From the NCBI GenBank assembly GCA_963719555.1, contig CAVRCL010000009.1, forward strand, positions 26,606 to 90,605: DNA of 64,000 nt, read 5' to 3'. Positions 13,310-26,143 of this stretch are shown here, piece by piece. A program made the position numbers and the translations under genes. Origin of the DNA: Thermoanaerobaculia bacterium (lineage in GTDB: Bacteria; Acidobacteriota; Thermoanaerobaculia; Multivoradales; JAGPDF01). The number at the start of each line of letters is the position of its first letter. Position 1 is the stretch's first letter. The notes beneath the pieces are model-generated. The model had not been told where the DNA came from. It made no database searches and saw nothing but the letters and a program-made list of their open reading frames with translations.

Positions 13310-14647
13310 TGCGCCTTCCACTCCGCGAGCGCAGCGAGCGCCCGCCGGGCATAGACCCCGCGGCGTTCGTCCTTGCTGCGGCAGTGGCTCGAGCGGCGTG
13401 AACAGGCCGTAGTGGATGTTGGCGGGCTGGAAGTGCTTGGGATCGGACTCGGTCAGATGGCGCGCCAGGGCTCCGAGCGCGGTGGTGGCCGGAAGGGGGG
13501 GCGCTGGCTCCGGTGGCTCCGTCGCCGTGTCGTTGCGGCGCTCGAGCAGCAGGTAGAGCGCCACCGCGAGGCCGGTGGCCGCCGATTCGAGGTAGCCCTC
13601 GACACCGGTGATCTGGCCGGCGAGACGCAGGCGCGGCGACCTCTTGACCCGGTAGTCGGCGGTCAGGTGACTGGGCGAGTTGATGAAGGTATTGCGGTGG
13701 ATCTGGCCCAGGCGGACGAACTCGGCGTTCTCGAGCCCGGGAAGCATGCGGAAGACGCGCTGCTGGTCGGGCCACTTCATCCGCGACTGGAAGCCGACCA
13801 GGTTGAAATGGCTCTTGGTGAGGTTCTCCTGGCGCAGCTGCATCACCGCCCAGGGCCGGTTGCCGTCGAGGCCGCGCAGGCCCACCGGCTTCATCGGCCC
13901 GAACCGCAGCGTGGCTTCGCCGCGCCGCGCGAGCTCCTCGATCGGCAGGCAGCCCTCGAAGAAGAGCGCCTTCTCGAAGTCGTGGAGCGGCAGCACCTCG
14001 GCGTCGAGGATCGCCTGATGGAAGGCGGCGTATTGCGCCTTGTCGAGCCCCGAGTTGAGGTAATCGTCACCGTTGCCCTTGCCGTAGCGCGACATCCAGA
14101 AGAGCTTCGTCATGTCGAGCGATTCGCCGTCGACGATCGGCGCGATGGCGTCGTAGAAGTAGAGGTAGTCGCTGCCCAGGAGCTCGCCCAGCTCGGCGGC
14201 GAGCGCCGGCGAGGTGAGCGGTCCGGTGGCGAGCACGGTGTCGTGCCCGGCGGTGAGCGCCGCGAGGTCGGTGACCTCCTCGCGCCGGATCTCGAGTCCC
14301 GGAAGGGCTTCGAGCTTCGCCGAAACGGCGGCCGCGAAGCGGTCGCGGTCGACCGCGAGGGCGCTCCCGGCCGGCACCGCGGCTTCGCGGGCGGTGCCGA
14401 TGATCAGCGAGCCGAAGAGCTCCATCTCGCGCTTCAAGAGCCCGGCGGCATGCTCCGGGTCGTCACTGCGCAGCGAGTTCGAGCAGACCAGCTCGGCGAA
14501 GTCGCCGCTCTTGTGCGCCGGAGTCGGCCGCACCGGCCGCATCTCGTGGAGCACCACCGGCACCCCCCGCGACGCCAGGTGAAAGGCGCATTCGCTGCCG
14601 GCGAGTCCTCCGCCGACGACATGGACGGGACCGGGAGCAAGGGGCAT
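13297..14647 (-). CDS. trmFO: tRNA (uracil-54)-methyltransferase TrmFO/Gid (frameshift near 13385)
   Basis: VVGGGLAGSECA, ELVCSNSL, FYDAIAPIV, FFEGCLPIEE, GQIHRNTF, AGQITGVEGY; true end [27 protein letters not shown] in a shifted frame. Confidence 0.95.
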
Positions 14648-14751
14648 GTTCCACATTGTACGTGTGCAGACGATGCTCGATGGCCCTTCCTGGCCGCAAA
14701 TCTCGCCTATTACGGTCAGGTGGAGAAGTGAGCAGCCTGAGGAGTGGCGTG

Positions 14752-15267
14752 ATGGACCTGATGTCGTCGGTACCGCATTTCACCAAGCGCCCGAAGCTGG
14801 GTGAGACGCTGCGCTTCTTCGGCCTGCTCTCCGGCGCCGAGGTCGAGATCGCCCTCAACCGGCAGGTGAACGAGGGTGGGCGCCTCGGGACCTGCATGCT
14901 CGATACCGGGCTGGTCGACGAGGCGACGCTCCTCGCCGCGCTCGGGGCACAGCAGAGCGTAGCGACGGTCGATGGCGGCGAGCTCGCTGCTCTGCCGGCC
15001 TCGGCGGCGACCCTCCTGCCGGCGCGCGCGGCGCTGGTAGCGCGCGCGGTGCCGCTCGCCTCTGCTGGGCGCCGCCTCGAAGTCGCGATGCTCGATCCGG
15101 GCTCGTTGCGACTGATCGACGAGCTTTCCGCGGTCAGCCGGATGATCATCGTGCCGCGCCTCGCCCTCGAGGTGCGGCTGACCGAATGCCTGGAGCGGTT
15201 CTACAAGCTGACGATCTCGGGCCGCTTCGCCCGCACCCGCGCGCGGATCGAGCGGCGGCGGGCATAG
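14752..15267 (+). CDS. Stand-alone MshEN / GspE-N domain protein, putative c-di-GMP receptor
   Basis: Tandem KLGETLRFFGLLSGAEVEIALNRQ and RLGTCMLDTGLVDEATLLAALGAQ, then AVPL..RLEVAMLDP; no ATPase domain; start uncertain. Confidence 0.75.
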   Translation: MDLMSSVPHFTKRPKLGETLRFFGLLSGAEVEIALNRQVNEGGRLGTCMLDTGLVDEATLLAALGAQQSVATVDGGELAALPASAATLLPARAALVARAVPLASAGRRLEVAMLDPGSLRLIDELSAVSRMIIVPRLALEVRLTECLERFYKLTISGRFARTRARIERRRA

Positions 15268-15309
15268 CAGGTTTCCCGGGGCAGCCCGTGCTCGAGGCGG
15301 AGAGGGAGT

Positions 15310-17655
<2,346 letters not shown>

Positions 17656-17805
17656 GGGAGTCCGATGAGAAGGCGGTGCGGCGGAAATTCCGCGCCGGAA
17701 AGTGCCGGAGGTGTCCGTGATGCCTCTGGACGCCTCTCGAAGTAGCCGGACGGATTGCGGGGGGCCGCCGGTCGCTTTTCGAAGGGGCGGACGTTACCAC
17801 AGGCG

Positions 17806-18954
17806 TCAAGGGGCCCCCCGGCGGTAGCCGCCGCCGGCGGCGCGGACCGCCCAGCCCGCGAGCTCCAGTTCGAGCAGGGCCGAGATCGCGACGCCGATGT
17901 CGACCTCCGCGCCGGCCGCGAGGCTGTCGACGCCGAGGTCGCGCCGCGGATCGAGCGCCGCGAGCAGGGCGGCCTGCGCCGGAGGGAGCTCCGGCGGGAC
18001 GAGCGGGCGGTGCCGTCAGGCGTTGCGGGTGCCTGTTGGCCGAGGCCGAGGCGCTCGAGGATGTCGGCGGGATGGGTCACCGGTCCGGCGCCGTCGCGCA
18101 GGAGGTCGTTCACGCCGAGCGCCTGCTCGTCGGTGACTCGGCCGGGGACGGCGAGAACCTCGCGCCCGAGCTCGAGGGCGAGCCGGGCGGTGATCAGCGA
18201 GCCCGAGCGCGGCCGCCGCTTCGACCACGACAGTGATCTCGGCCAGGGCGGCGATGATCCGGTTGCGCACCGGGAAGTTCGCCGCCGCCGGAGGCAGGGC
18301 GCAGGGGAACTCGCTCACCAGCGCCCCGCGATTGCGGATGCGCAGGCCGAGGTCGCGATGTCCCTTCGGGTAGTCGAAGGAGAGTCCGCAGCCGAGGACG
18401 CCCACCGTCGGCCGTGCTCGGCGGCGAGCGCCCCCTCATGGGCGGCGGCGTCGATCCCCCGGGCGAAACCGGAAACCACCACGACCCCGTGGCTGGCGAT
18501 CTCGCGCGCGAGCCATGCGGCGACCTCGAGGCCGTAGGGGGTGGCGTGGCGCGAGCCGACGATGGCGACCGCCGGGGCGAGGGGAGGGACGAAAGCGAGG
18601 GTGCCGGCGACCGCCAGGACCGGCGGCGGCAGCGCGAGCTCTCCGAGACCGGCGGGATAGTCCGCGTCGAGGCGGGTCACCAGGCGCGCCCCGAGACGGT
18701 TGGCCACCTGTTCCTCGCGGGCGAGCGCTGCAGCAGCGTCGGCGAAGCAGCCGGTTGCCGTACGCAGCGAATCCAAAGAGATGGAGAATCGAGCGGCCAG
18801 CTCCGGTTCGTCGGCCGGAGCCACGCCGCTCGCGCCAGCTCGCCAATTCGAGCCCCAGCCGGCAGAGCGCAGCGCGGGAAAGGCCGGGGGCGGCGTTGAG
18901 GGCCACCAGGAGAGCGCGGTCGGAGGGGCGGTCTGCACCTTGCATCACTTTCAT
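17806..18954 (-). CDS. dprA: DNA-processing protein DprA (frameshifted)
   Basis: VAIVGSRHAT.YG, VVSGFARGIDAAAHEGAL, VLGCG, GALVSEFP, FPVRNRIIAAL, VVVEAA; upstream of topA; start approximate. Confidence 0.9.
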
Positions 18955-19131
18955 GTGCAGTTGGTAAAGACGATTTTTAGCGTTCGGATCTGGCAGTTCC
19001 GCCGGTGCCCCTTTGCCCGGGGGAAAACCGGAGTCCGGGAATGCGTCGTATATTCTGCCGACCGGTGGCGACGGCGCGCAGCAGGCGTCCGCCGTGCGAG
19101 GGGTTCCAGGTCGGCGAGCAAGAGGGGGTCT

Positions 19132-19704
19132 ATGAACCGGCTCAAGGTCGCGCGCTGCGCAGTCACGATGTCGGTCCTTCTGTTGAGCCTGGTCGGCGCC
19201 TCCGGCGCGCGCGCGAAATCGACGCAGGACGGCAAGTCGCAGCTCGCTTTCGGGGTCGACATGGCCAAGCGCGGGCTGTGGAGCGAAGCGCTCTTCCGCT
19301 TCGAGCAGGCACGCCGCCTCCAGCCCGCGAGCGTCTCGATCCTCAACAACCTGGCGATCTGCTACGAAGCCGGCGGCCGGTTCGAGGAGGCGCTGGCGAC
19401 TTATCGCGAGGCGCTCCTGTTGGCGCCCGAAAACCGGGTGCTGAAGCAGAACTACTCCCGCTTTGCCGAGTTCTATCAAGGCTACCGTCCCCGGAAGGCG
19501 ACGGCCGCCGTCACGGCGCCGGCGCTCGTGCCGCCGCCTCCGGGAGCTCCAGGGACGGCGGAGACGCCAGCCGCGGATGCGCCGGCGAGCGCTCCTGCGC
19601 CGGAACCGGCTCCCGAGCCGCCGCCAGCGCCGGCAGAGATCCCCCCGAGCCAGGCGCAGGCCGCTGCTTCGGTGCCTGACGTCGCCGGCGGGGGTGGATC
19701 GTGA
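19132..19704 (+). CDS. Exported TPR protein with Pro/Ala-rich tail
   Basis: Signal peptide; FGVDMAKRGLWSEALFRFEQA, ILNNLAICYEAGGRFEEALATYREAL. Confidence 0.8.
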   Translation: MNRLKVARCAVTMSVLLLSLVGASGARAKSTQDGKSQLAFGVDMAKRGLWSEALFRFEQARRLQPASVSILNNLAICYEAGGRFEEALATYREALLLAPENRVLKQNYSRFAEFYQGYRPRKATAAVTAPALVPPPPGAPGTAETPAADAPASAPAPEPAPEPPPAPAEIPPSQAQAAASVPDVAGGGGS

Positions 19705-20414
19705 TCACCCGTCGCCGCACGCAGCGTCTTGTTCCTGGTCGATCCTCGCCGCCACTGCCCTGGGAGCGATCCCGCTCGCCGCCGCGGTGGAGGTCAAGCT
19801 CCGCCTCCCGGTGCGGGCGCGCATCGACCTCGCCGGCAAGCGCACGATCACCCCGGCACCGTTCATCGTCGTCACCCGCGAGGGCGCCGGCGAGACTCCG
19901 GGTGCCTCCTCGCTCAACGTCCAGCGCGAGTTCGAGCGTTACCTCGTCAAGGTGCTGCGGCGCGAAACCTCGCTCAAGATTCTCGAGAGCGGCCCGGTCG
20001 ACTATCCCTCCTACGATCTCGACGTGCTGTCGAAGAACGCGCGAGTTCTGGCGCGCCCTGGGCGAGCGCAGCCAGGCCGACCTCATCGTCGCCGGCAGTC
20101 TCGATTTCGACGTCCAGGACAAGAGCGGCTACCGCACCGAGGAGTACGTCTCGCCTTACGACGGTCGGGTCTACTACCGCCAGGTTCTCGTCGAGCGCAC
20201 GGGGTTCGATTACGACATCGCGATGATGGTCTTCGACGGCCTGACCGGCGAGCGCATCTTTTTCGACAACTTCAAGGACTTCAAGCAGTTCGAGGGCGAG
20301 GGCGCCGATCCCCTGAAAGGGATGTTCGAGAACCTGGCGTCGCTCGAGGACCGCATCGTCAACGTCTTCACGCAGAAGACGGTCGAGACCAGCCGCACGC
20401 TGTTGACCGATTGA
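19701..20414 (+). CDS. Exported hypothetical protein (frameshifted)
   Basis: GTGA overlap with the TPR gene; AVEVKLRLPVRARIDL... continues after a shift as FWRALGERSQADLIVAGSLDF...VETSRTLLTD. Confidence 0.65.
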   Translation: MITRRRTQRLVPGRSSPPLPWERSRSPPRWRSSSASRCGRASTSPASARSPRHRSSSSPARAPARLRVPPRSTSSASSSVTSSRCCGAKPRSRFSRAARSTIPPTISTCCRRTREFWRALGERSQADLIVAGSLDFDVQDKSGYRTEEYVSPYDGRVYYRQVLVERTGFDYDIAMMVFDGLTGERIFFDNFKDFKQFEGEGADPLKGMFENLASLEDRIVNVFTQKTVETSRTLLTD

Positions 20415-20431
20415 CCGGAAAGGAGTTCCCC

Positions 20432-23383
20432 GTGGCTCATCTGGATCGCCTGGCTCGATCGGCCGCTCGCAACGGCCGTGCGCTCACCCTGCTCGCCCGG
20501 CTCGCGACGGCTGTCCTTCTCGCCCTGGTTTGCGCTCCGCCGCCGCGGAGGCGCAGTTCGGGAAGAACAAGATCCAGTACCGCGACTTCGACTGGAAGCT
20601 CTACAACTCGCCGCACTTCACCTTCTACTACTACGAATCCGAGGCGGCCCAGCTCGAGAAGATAGCGTCGCTCGCCGAGAGCGCCTACGACCGGCTGACG
20701 CGGGAGTTCGACCATCAGATCCAGGATCCGATCCCGATGATCTTCTACGCCACGCACTCGGCGTTCGAGCAGAACAACATCATTCTCAACTTCATCCCGG
20801 AAGGGGTCGGCGCCTTCGCGAGTCCGGTGAGCAACCGGATGGTTCTGCCGATCGACCTGCCGGACGGCGAGCTCTTCGCCCTGATCCTGCACGAGCTGAC
20901 GCACATCTTCCAGTACGACATCCTCTACGCCGGCAAGATGAGACGCGGGGTCGGCGGCAACGCCCCGCAGTGGTTCATGGAGGGCATGGCGAGCTACATG
21001 GCGAAGGACGAGTCCACCTCGGACAAGATGTACCTGCGCGATGCGGTGGTCAACGACTCGATTCCCTCGATCCTGCAGCGCGGCAGTTCCGGTTTCCTCG
21101 CCTACCGCTTCGGCCACGCCGCTTTCGACTTCATCGAGGAGCGCTGGGGAAAGGAGGGTTTCCGCGACTTCCTGTTCGAGTTCCGCAACACCTTCGGTGG
21201 CCGGGCCGACCGGGCGGTCGAGCGCTCCTTCCGGATCGACCCCGAAGACTTCGACCTCGACTTCCGCCGCTGGCTGCGCAAGAGATACCTGCCGCAGCTG
21301 GTCGAGACCGGCGAGCCCTCCGACTTCGGACGTCCGCTTCCGCGACGACAAGGGCGAGATCCAGCAGGCGATCTCCCCGGCGGCGTCGCCTTCGGGCGAC
21401 CTGGTGGCGGCGTTCGCCGTCACCCGGGGCGACCTCGACATCGTGCTCTACGACACCCGCACGCGGCGCCCGATCGCCAACCTGACGAAGGGCTACACCG
21501 GGAGCTACGAATATCTGGCGGCGCAGTTCCTGACCATCGGCGCCCGCATGGGCCGCGACCTCGCCTTCTCCGCCGACGGCAACTACGCTCGCGGCCTTCG
21601 CCAAGCGCGAGCGCGGCAGCAGCCTCATGATTTTCGACGTTCTCGAACGCAAGCTCGTCAGGACGATCGAAATGGAGGTCGAGCAGCAGATGAATCCGGC
21701 CTTCAGCCCCGACGGCCGGACCGTCGCCTTCGCCGGCAACCGGGCCGGCCGGTTCGACATCTACATGGTCGATCTCGAGACCGAGCGAGGTGACCAGCGT
21801 CACCGACGACGAGACCTACGACGGCGCCCCGGTCTTCTCGCCCGGACGGCGCTTCGATCGTCTTCAGCTCGGTGATCGGCGACGAACACGCGCCAGCTCT
21901 TCCGGCGTCGATCTCGCACGGATCGCAGCCAGCGCTTCCGCTTGAGCGAGGGAGCCTGGACCGACAAGGACGCGGTCTACTAGCTCGCGACGGCACCTGG
22001 CTGGTCTTCACCTCCGACCGCACCGGCATCGACAACATCTACGCCATGGAGCTCGCGACCGGCAGAACGCTGCAGCTCACCAACGCGGTCACCGGCTGTC
22101 TCATGCCGACGGTGCTGAAGCGCGAAGGCGAGATCGACCAGGTGGTCTACTCGGGCTTCTGGCGCGGCGGCTTCGACCTCTACCTCGTCGACATCGACAA
22201 GCCGGTCGGCGACGAGACGACGCGCGATCCCGCCGGCAGATCCGACGGTCGTCGAGCCGCTCGCCGCAGTTCGAGCCCGACATCCAGGTGACGCTCGACG
22301 AGGCCAACAAGTCGAAGTACCGCGGCTTCAAGCTCTTCGTCGAGGACGCCGGCGCGTCGGTCGGCGTCACCGACGACCAGACGCTGCTCGGCTACACCTA
22401 TCTCTCGCTCAGCGACTATCTCGGCGACCGGCGTCTGGTGATCAACTTCAGCTCGGTCTCGAGCTTCTCGAACTTCGACGTCGTCTATTTCGATCTCTCG
22501 CCACCGCTGGACATGGTCGGTGCAGGCGTTCGACCGGCGCGACTTCTACGTTCTCGGCGGCGTCTCGGGCTCGCCGCTCGATCGTGAGGAGCGCCAGCAG
22601 GCGATCCAGCAGACCGGCATGCAAGGCAACTGGACCTATCCTTTCTCGCTCTACCATCGCGTTTCGGCCGGCGCCGGCTACATCTTCCAGAAGGCGAGCT
22701 ACCCCAGCTGGACAGGTCATCATCAACGATGACGGGATCCTGGTGCCCGTGACGGTCGAGGTCGAGGACAACTACCCGTTCCTCACCGGGGCCCTGGTCG
22801 GCGACAGCGCGGTGTTCACCCAGTTCGGGCCGATCTCGGGCCGGCGCTGGCGTCTCGACGCCATCTACGCCCTCGATCCGGACGCCGGGGGCGCCCTCTA
22901 CACGCAGTACGAGCTCGACTACCGGGAGTACATCCCGGTGAGCCAGCGCAGCAACCTCGCGCTGCGCGTTATGCCGGATACGCCAGCGGCAACCAGCCGA
23001 TCCCGCTCTATTTCGGCGGCCTGGACGACCTCCGGGGCGTCGACTTCCGTTCGATGGTCGGCGATCGCGCGTTCTATACGAATCTCGAGTACCGTTTTCC
23101 GCTGATCGACCTGCTGGCGACGCCGGTGGTCAACTTCCGCAGCGTCCGCGCCCGGATATTCCTCGACGTCGGCGGCGCCTGGTTCGAGGAGTTCGGCCAG
23201 GACTTCGACTTCTGGAACAGCGAGGAGGGCCGCCTCGAGGACGCCGTCTCCTCCTACGGCTTCGGTGTCACGATCAACCTGATGGGGATCGACCTGAACT
23301 GGGACTTCGCGCAGCTCTGGGACTTCAAGGACACCGTTGACGACAGTTTCGGCACCCAGTTCTGGATCGGAACGCGGTTCTAG
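20432..23383 (+). CDS. Zinc-peptidase domain + PD40/TolB beta-propeller + Omp85-like beta-barrel outer membrane protein (frameshifted)
   Basis: QFGKNKIQY, ILHELTHIF..PQWFMEGMASY; PAFSPDGRTVAF, LVFTSDRTGIDNIY repeats; NLEYRFPL, FLDVGGAW, terminal FWIGTRF. Confidence 0.82.
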
Positions 23384-23402
23384 GAGCGGAAGCGCTCCGG
23401 CG

Positions 23403-24578
23403 ATGATGAGCGATTCGCAGCAGCCGGCGAGCGATCTCGAGCGCCGCGTCCGGGAGCAGGAGGCGCTGCTCGAGATCGGTCTCGAGCTCGCCGCCACCCT
23501 CGACTTGCGGCGGGTGCTCTCGCTCGCGCTGACCAAAGCGGAGGAGTTCTGCCGCGCCGAGACGAGCTCGATCTGGGAGCTCGACGAGGCGGCGGGAGAG
23601 CTGTTCTTCCGCGTCGTGCGTGGACGCGCCGCGCCGGAGATCGAGAACCTCCGTATTCCCGTCGGGCAGGGGATCGTCGGCGCCGTGGCGGCCTCCGGGC
23701 GCGCCGAGACGATCAACGACGTCGCCAGCGACCCGCGCTGGCGCGGCGACACGAGCGAAGACTTCGACACCCGGGCGATCCTCGCCGTGCCGCTGATCGC
23801 GCGCGGCAAGGTGATCGGCGTCCTGCAGCTGCTCAACCCGGTGGGCAAGGAGGCCTTTTCGGACGGCGATACGCGCCGCATGCAGCTGTTCGCCGGGCCG
23901 CTCGCTCACGCGCTCGAGAACGCCCGCCTCTACGCCGCGCAGCAGCGCCTCTACGTGGAAACCGTCACGGCACTCGCGGAGGCGGTCGAAAAGCGCGATC
24001 CCTACACCGGGGGGCACCTCCAACGGGTGGTGGCGTACTCGCTTCTGCTCGGGCGCGAGCTCGGCCTCGATTCCGAGGCGCTCGAGAGTCTCGCACTCGG
24101 CGCGACGCTGCACGACATCGGCAAGATCGGCGTTCCCGACCAGGTGCTCCTGAAGCCGTCGGCGCTCGACCCGGCGGAGGCCGCGGCGATGCGGCGCCAC
24201 CCCGAGGACGGCGCCGAGATCGTCTCGCGGATCGAGTCGCTGCGCGAGATTCTGCCGATCATCCGCAACCATCACGAGCGGATCGACGGCAAAGGCTACC
24301 CCGACGGTCTCGCCGGCGAGGCCATTCCACTCGCCGCGCGAATCGTCGCGGTGGCCGACACGTTCGACGCCATGACGACGAGCCGGCCCTACCGCACTGC
24401 CCTCGCGCACGGTGTCGCGGCGGGGGAGATCGCCAGCCATGCCGGCGTGCAGCACTGTGCGACGGTGGTCGCCGCTTTCGAGCGCCTTTTCGCGGCCGGG
24501 CGTTTCCGTGTCGAGGCCGGAGAGCTGTTAGCTCGTTCCTTGTCGGCGAAAATCGAGCGAGAGTACAATGACTGGTAA
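23403..24578 (+). CDS. GAF + HD-GYP cyclic-dinucleotide phosphodiesterase
   Basis: GAF (GQGIVGAV, ILAVPL..VIGVLQLLN); RDPYTGGH, LHDIGKIG, HHERIDGKGYPDGL, VADTFDAMTTSRPYR. Confidence 0.93.
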   Translation: MMSDSQQPASDLERRVREQEALLEIGLELAATLDLRRVLSLALTKAEEFCRAETSSIWELDEAAGELFFRVVRGRAAPEIENLRIPVGQGIVGAVAASGRAETINDVASDPRWRGDTSEDFDTRAILAVPLIARGKVIGVLQLLNPVGKEAFSDGDTRRMQLFAGPLAHALENARLYAAQQRLYVETVTALAEAVEKRDPYTGGHLQRVVAYSLLLGRELGLDSEALESLALGATLHDIGKIGVPDQVLLKPSALDPAEAAAMRRHPEDGAEIVSRIESLREILPIIRNHHERIDGKGYPDGLAGEAIPLAARIVAVADTFDAMTTSRPYRTALAHGVAAGEIASHAGVQHCATVVAAFERLFAAGRFRVEAGELLARSLSAKIEREYNDW

Positions 24579-24581
24579 GCG

Positions 24582-25362
24582 ATGAAAGTAGAGATTCTGG
24601 GCAGCTATGGCGGCGAGAGTATCGACTGCCGCATGACTTGTCTTCTGCTGAACGACGTCATCGCGCTCGACGCCGGCTCCCTGTCGCAGAGCCTGCCGAT
24701 CGCCCGCCAGCGGCTCGTCCACTCGATCGTGCTGACCCATTCCCACATGGATCACACCTCGTCGCTGCCGTTTTTCATCGAGAACGTCTTCGGGAAGCTC
24801 CGCGAGGCGGTCGACATCTACGCCTCGCCGGCGACGATCTACGCCCTGCGGCGGCATCTCTTCAACAACGACACCTGGCCCGATTTCACCCGCCTGCCCA
24901 ATCATCTGCTGCCGGTCATCCGCTTCCACGAGCTGCAGGACGAGGTTCCGGTCGTCATCGGCGAGGTGGGTGGCGCCGGTGGCGTGCGGTTCACTCCGAT
25001 CCCGGTGAACCACGTCGTGCCGACTTACGGCTTCCTGATCGAGAACGGGAATTCGAGCTTCCTCTGGTCGAGCGACACCGGCCCGACGCAGCGTCTGTGG
25101 GAGATCGCCAATCGCACCGAGAACCTGAAGGGGATCTGGGTGGACTGCAGCTTCGACAACTCCATGCAGGGGATCGCCGACGTCTCGCGGCCACCTCACC
25201 CCGGCGACGGTGGCGATCGAGCTCAAGAAGCTCGAGCGCCGCATGCCGGTGCTCCTCCATCACCTGAAGCCACCTTGCGTCGAGCAGATCCAGAAGGAGA
25301 TCGCCGCCCTCGCGAACCCCGACATCGGGTTCCTCGAGCAGGGGCGGGTCTACGAGCTGTAG
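24582..25362 (+). CDS. Class II 3',5'-cyclic-nucleotide phosphodiesterase, MBL fold (frameshift near 25190)
   Basis: ILGSYGG, ALDAG, LTHSHMDH, HLFNNDTWPDFT, PVNHVVPT, SSDTGPT; shifted tail HLTP..LLHHLKP..LEQGRVYEL*. Confidence 0.85.
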
Positions 25363-25417
25363 GCGCTCTGAGCCGTCAGGAAGTGCTCGACACAATCGCG
25401 GGTGTTAGCATCCGGGC

Positions 25418-25900
25418 GTGCTCGCGCCGCTCGACGAAGTCATCTTGCGCCAGCTGTTCGAGGCCCTGAACCGGGAGCGCGTGGAGTACATTCTGGTCGG
25501 AGGACTGGCGCTGCTCGTTCACGGGCTCGGCAGGACGACGGAAGATATCGACCTCTTCGTCGCGCCGGGCGAGGAGAACACCGGGCGGGTACGAGCGGCA
25601 CTCGATGCGGTCTTTCACGATCCGGAGATCTCCGGTATTACGGCGCGAGACCTCTCGGGAGAGTTCGGCGTCGTGCGCTACGGACCTCCGGCACACGAGT
25701 TTGTGATCGACCTTCTGGTGCAAATCGGCGAAATGTTCCACTACGCCGATCTGGAGTGGGAAGTGAAGGACTTCGATGGCGTTCCGGTTCGGGTGGCGAC
25801 CCCGCTGACACTCTTTCGCATGAAGCGAGGAACCGCGCGCGAGCTCGATCGCGCCGACGCGGAGCAGCTCCGTCGCAGGTTTGCGCTGGACGAGGACTGA
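25418..25900 (+). CDS. Pol-beta superfamily nucleotidyltransferase, TA-associated type
   Basis: VEYILVGGLALLVHGLGRTTEDIDLFV, IDLL, LFRMKRGTARELDRAD. Confidence 0.8.
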   Translation: MLAPLDEVILRQLFEALNRERVEYILVGGLALLVHGLGRTTEDIDLFVAPGEENTGRVRAALDAVFHDPEISGITARDLSGEFGVVRYGPPAHEFVIDLLVQIGEMFHYADLEWEVKDFDGVPVRVATPLTLFRMKRGTARELDRADAEQLRRRFALDED

Positions 25901-25901
25901 G

Positions 25902-26117
25902 ATGCCTGTCAAGAGATTCCGCGACCTGGAGGAGGCGAGGCGGGCGCTCGAGGAGGGTCCGCGAGCCAGCTTGGCCACTTTTCTCGCGCTGAGTCAGTTC
26001 GCGCGACGGGTTCGCCTGGCCGGAGAAGGGGCCGAGCCGCTGCCCTCCTCGCGCGGCGTCCGGCGCTTTCGTTCGCTCGACGAAGCCCAGGAGAACCGCC
26101 TCCGCTCGTCGACGTAG
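25902..26117 (+). CDS. Small basic protein coupled to the nucleotidyltransferase
   Basis: ATG 1 nt after the upstream stop; repeated motif VKRFRDLEEA / VRRFRSLDEA at both ends. Confidence 0.65.
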   Translation: MPVKRFRDLEEARRALEEGPRASLATFLALSQFARRVRLAGEGAEPLPSSRGVRRFRSLDEAQENRLRSST

Positions 26118-26143
26118 CGATTGCCACCCTCTCCCGCGCGCGA

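Noticed and set aside
10622-14656. 1344-aa TrmFO-XerC-histidine kinase fusion ORF
   Set aside because: Chimera from indels: proper TrmFO and XerC C-termini with stops exist in shifted frames (13297, 12322)
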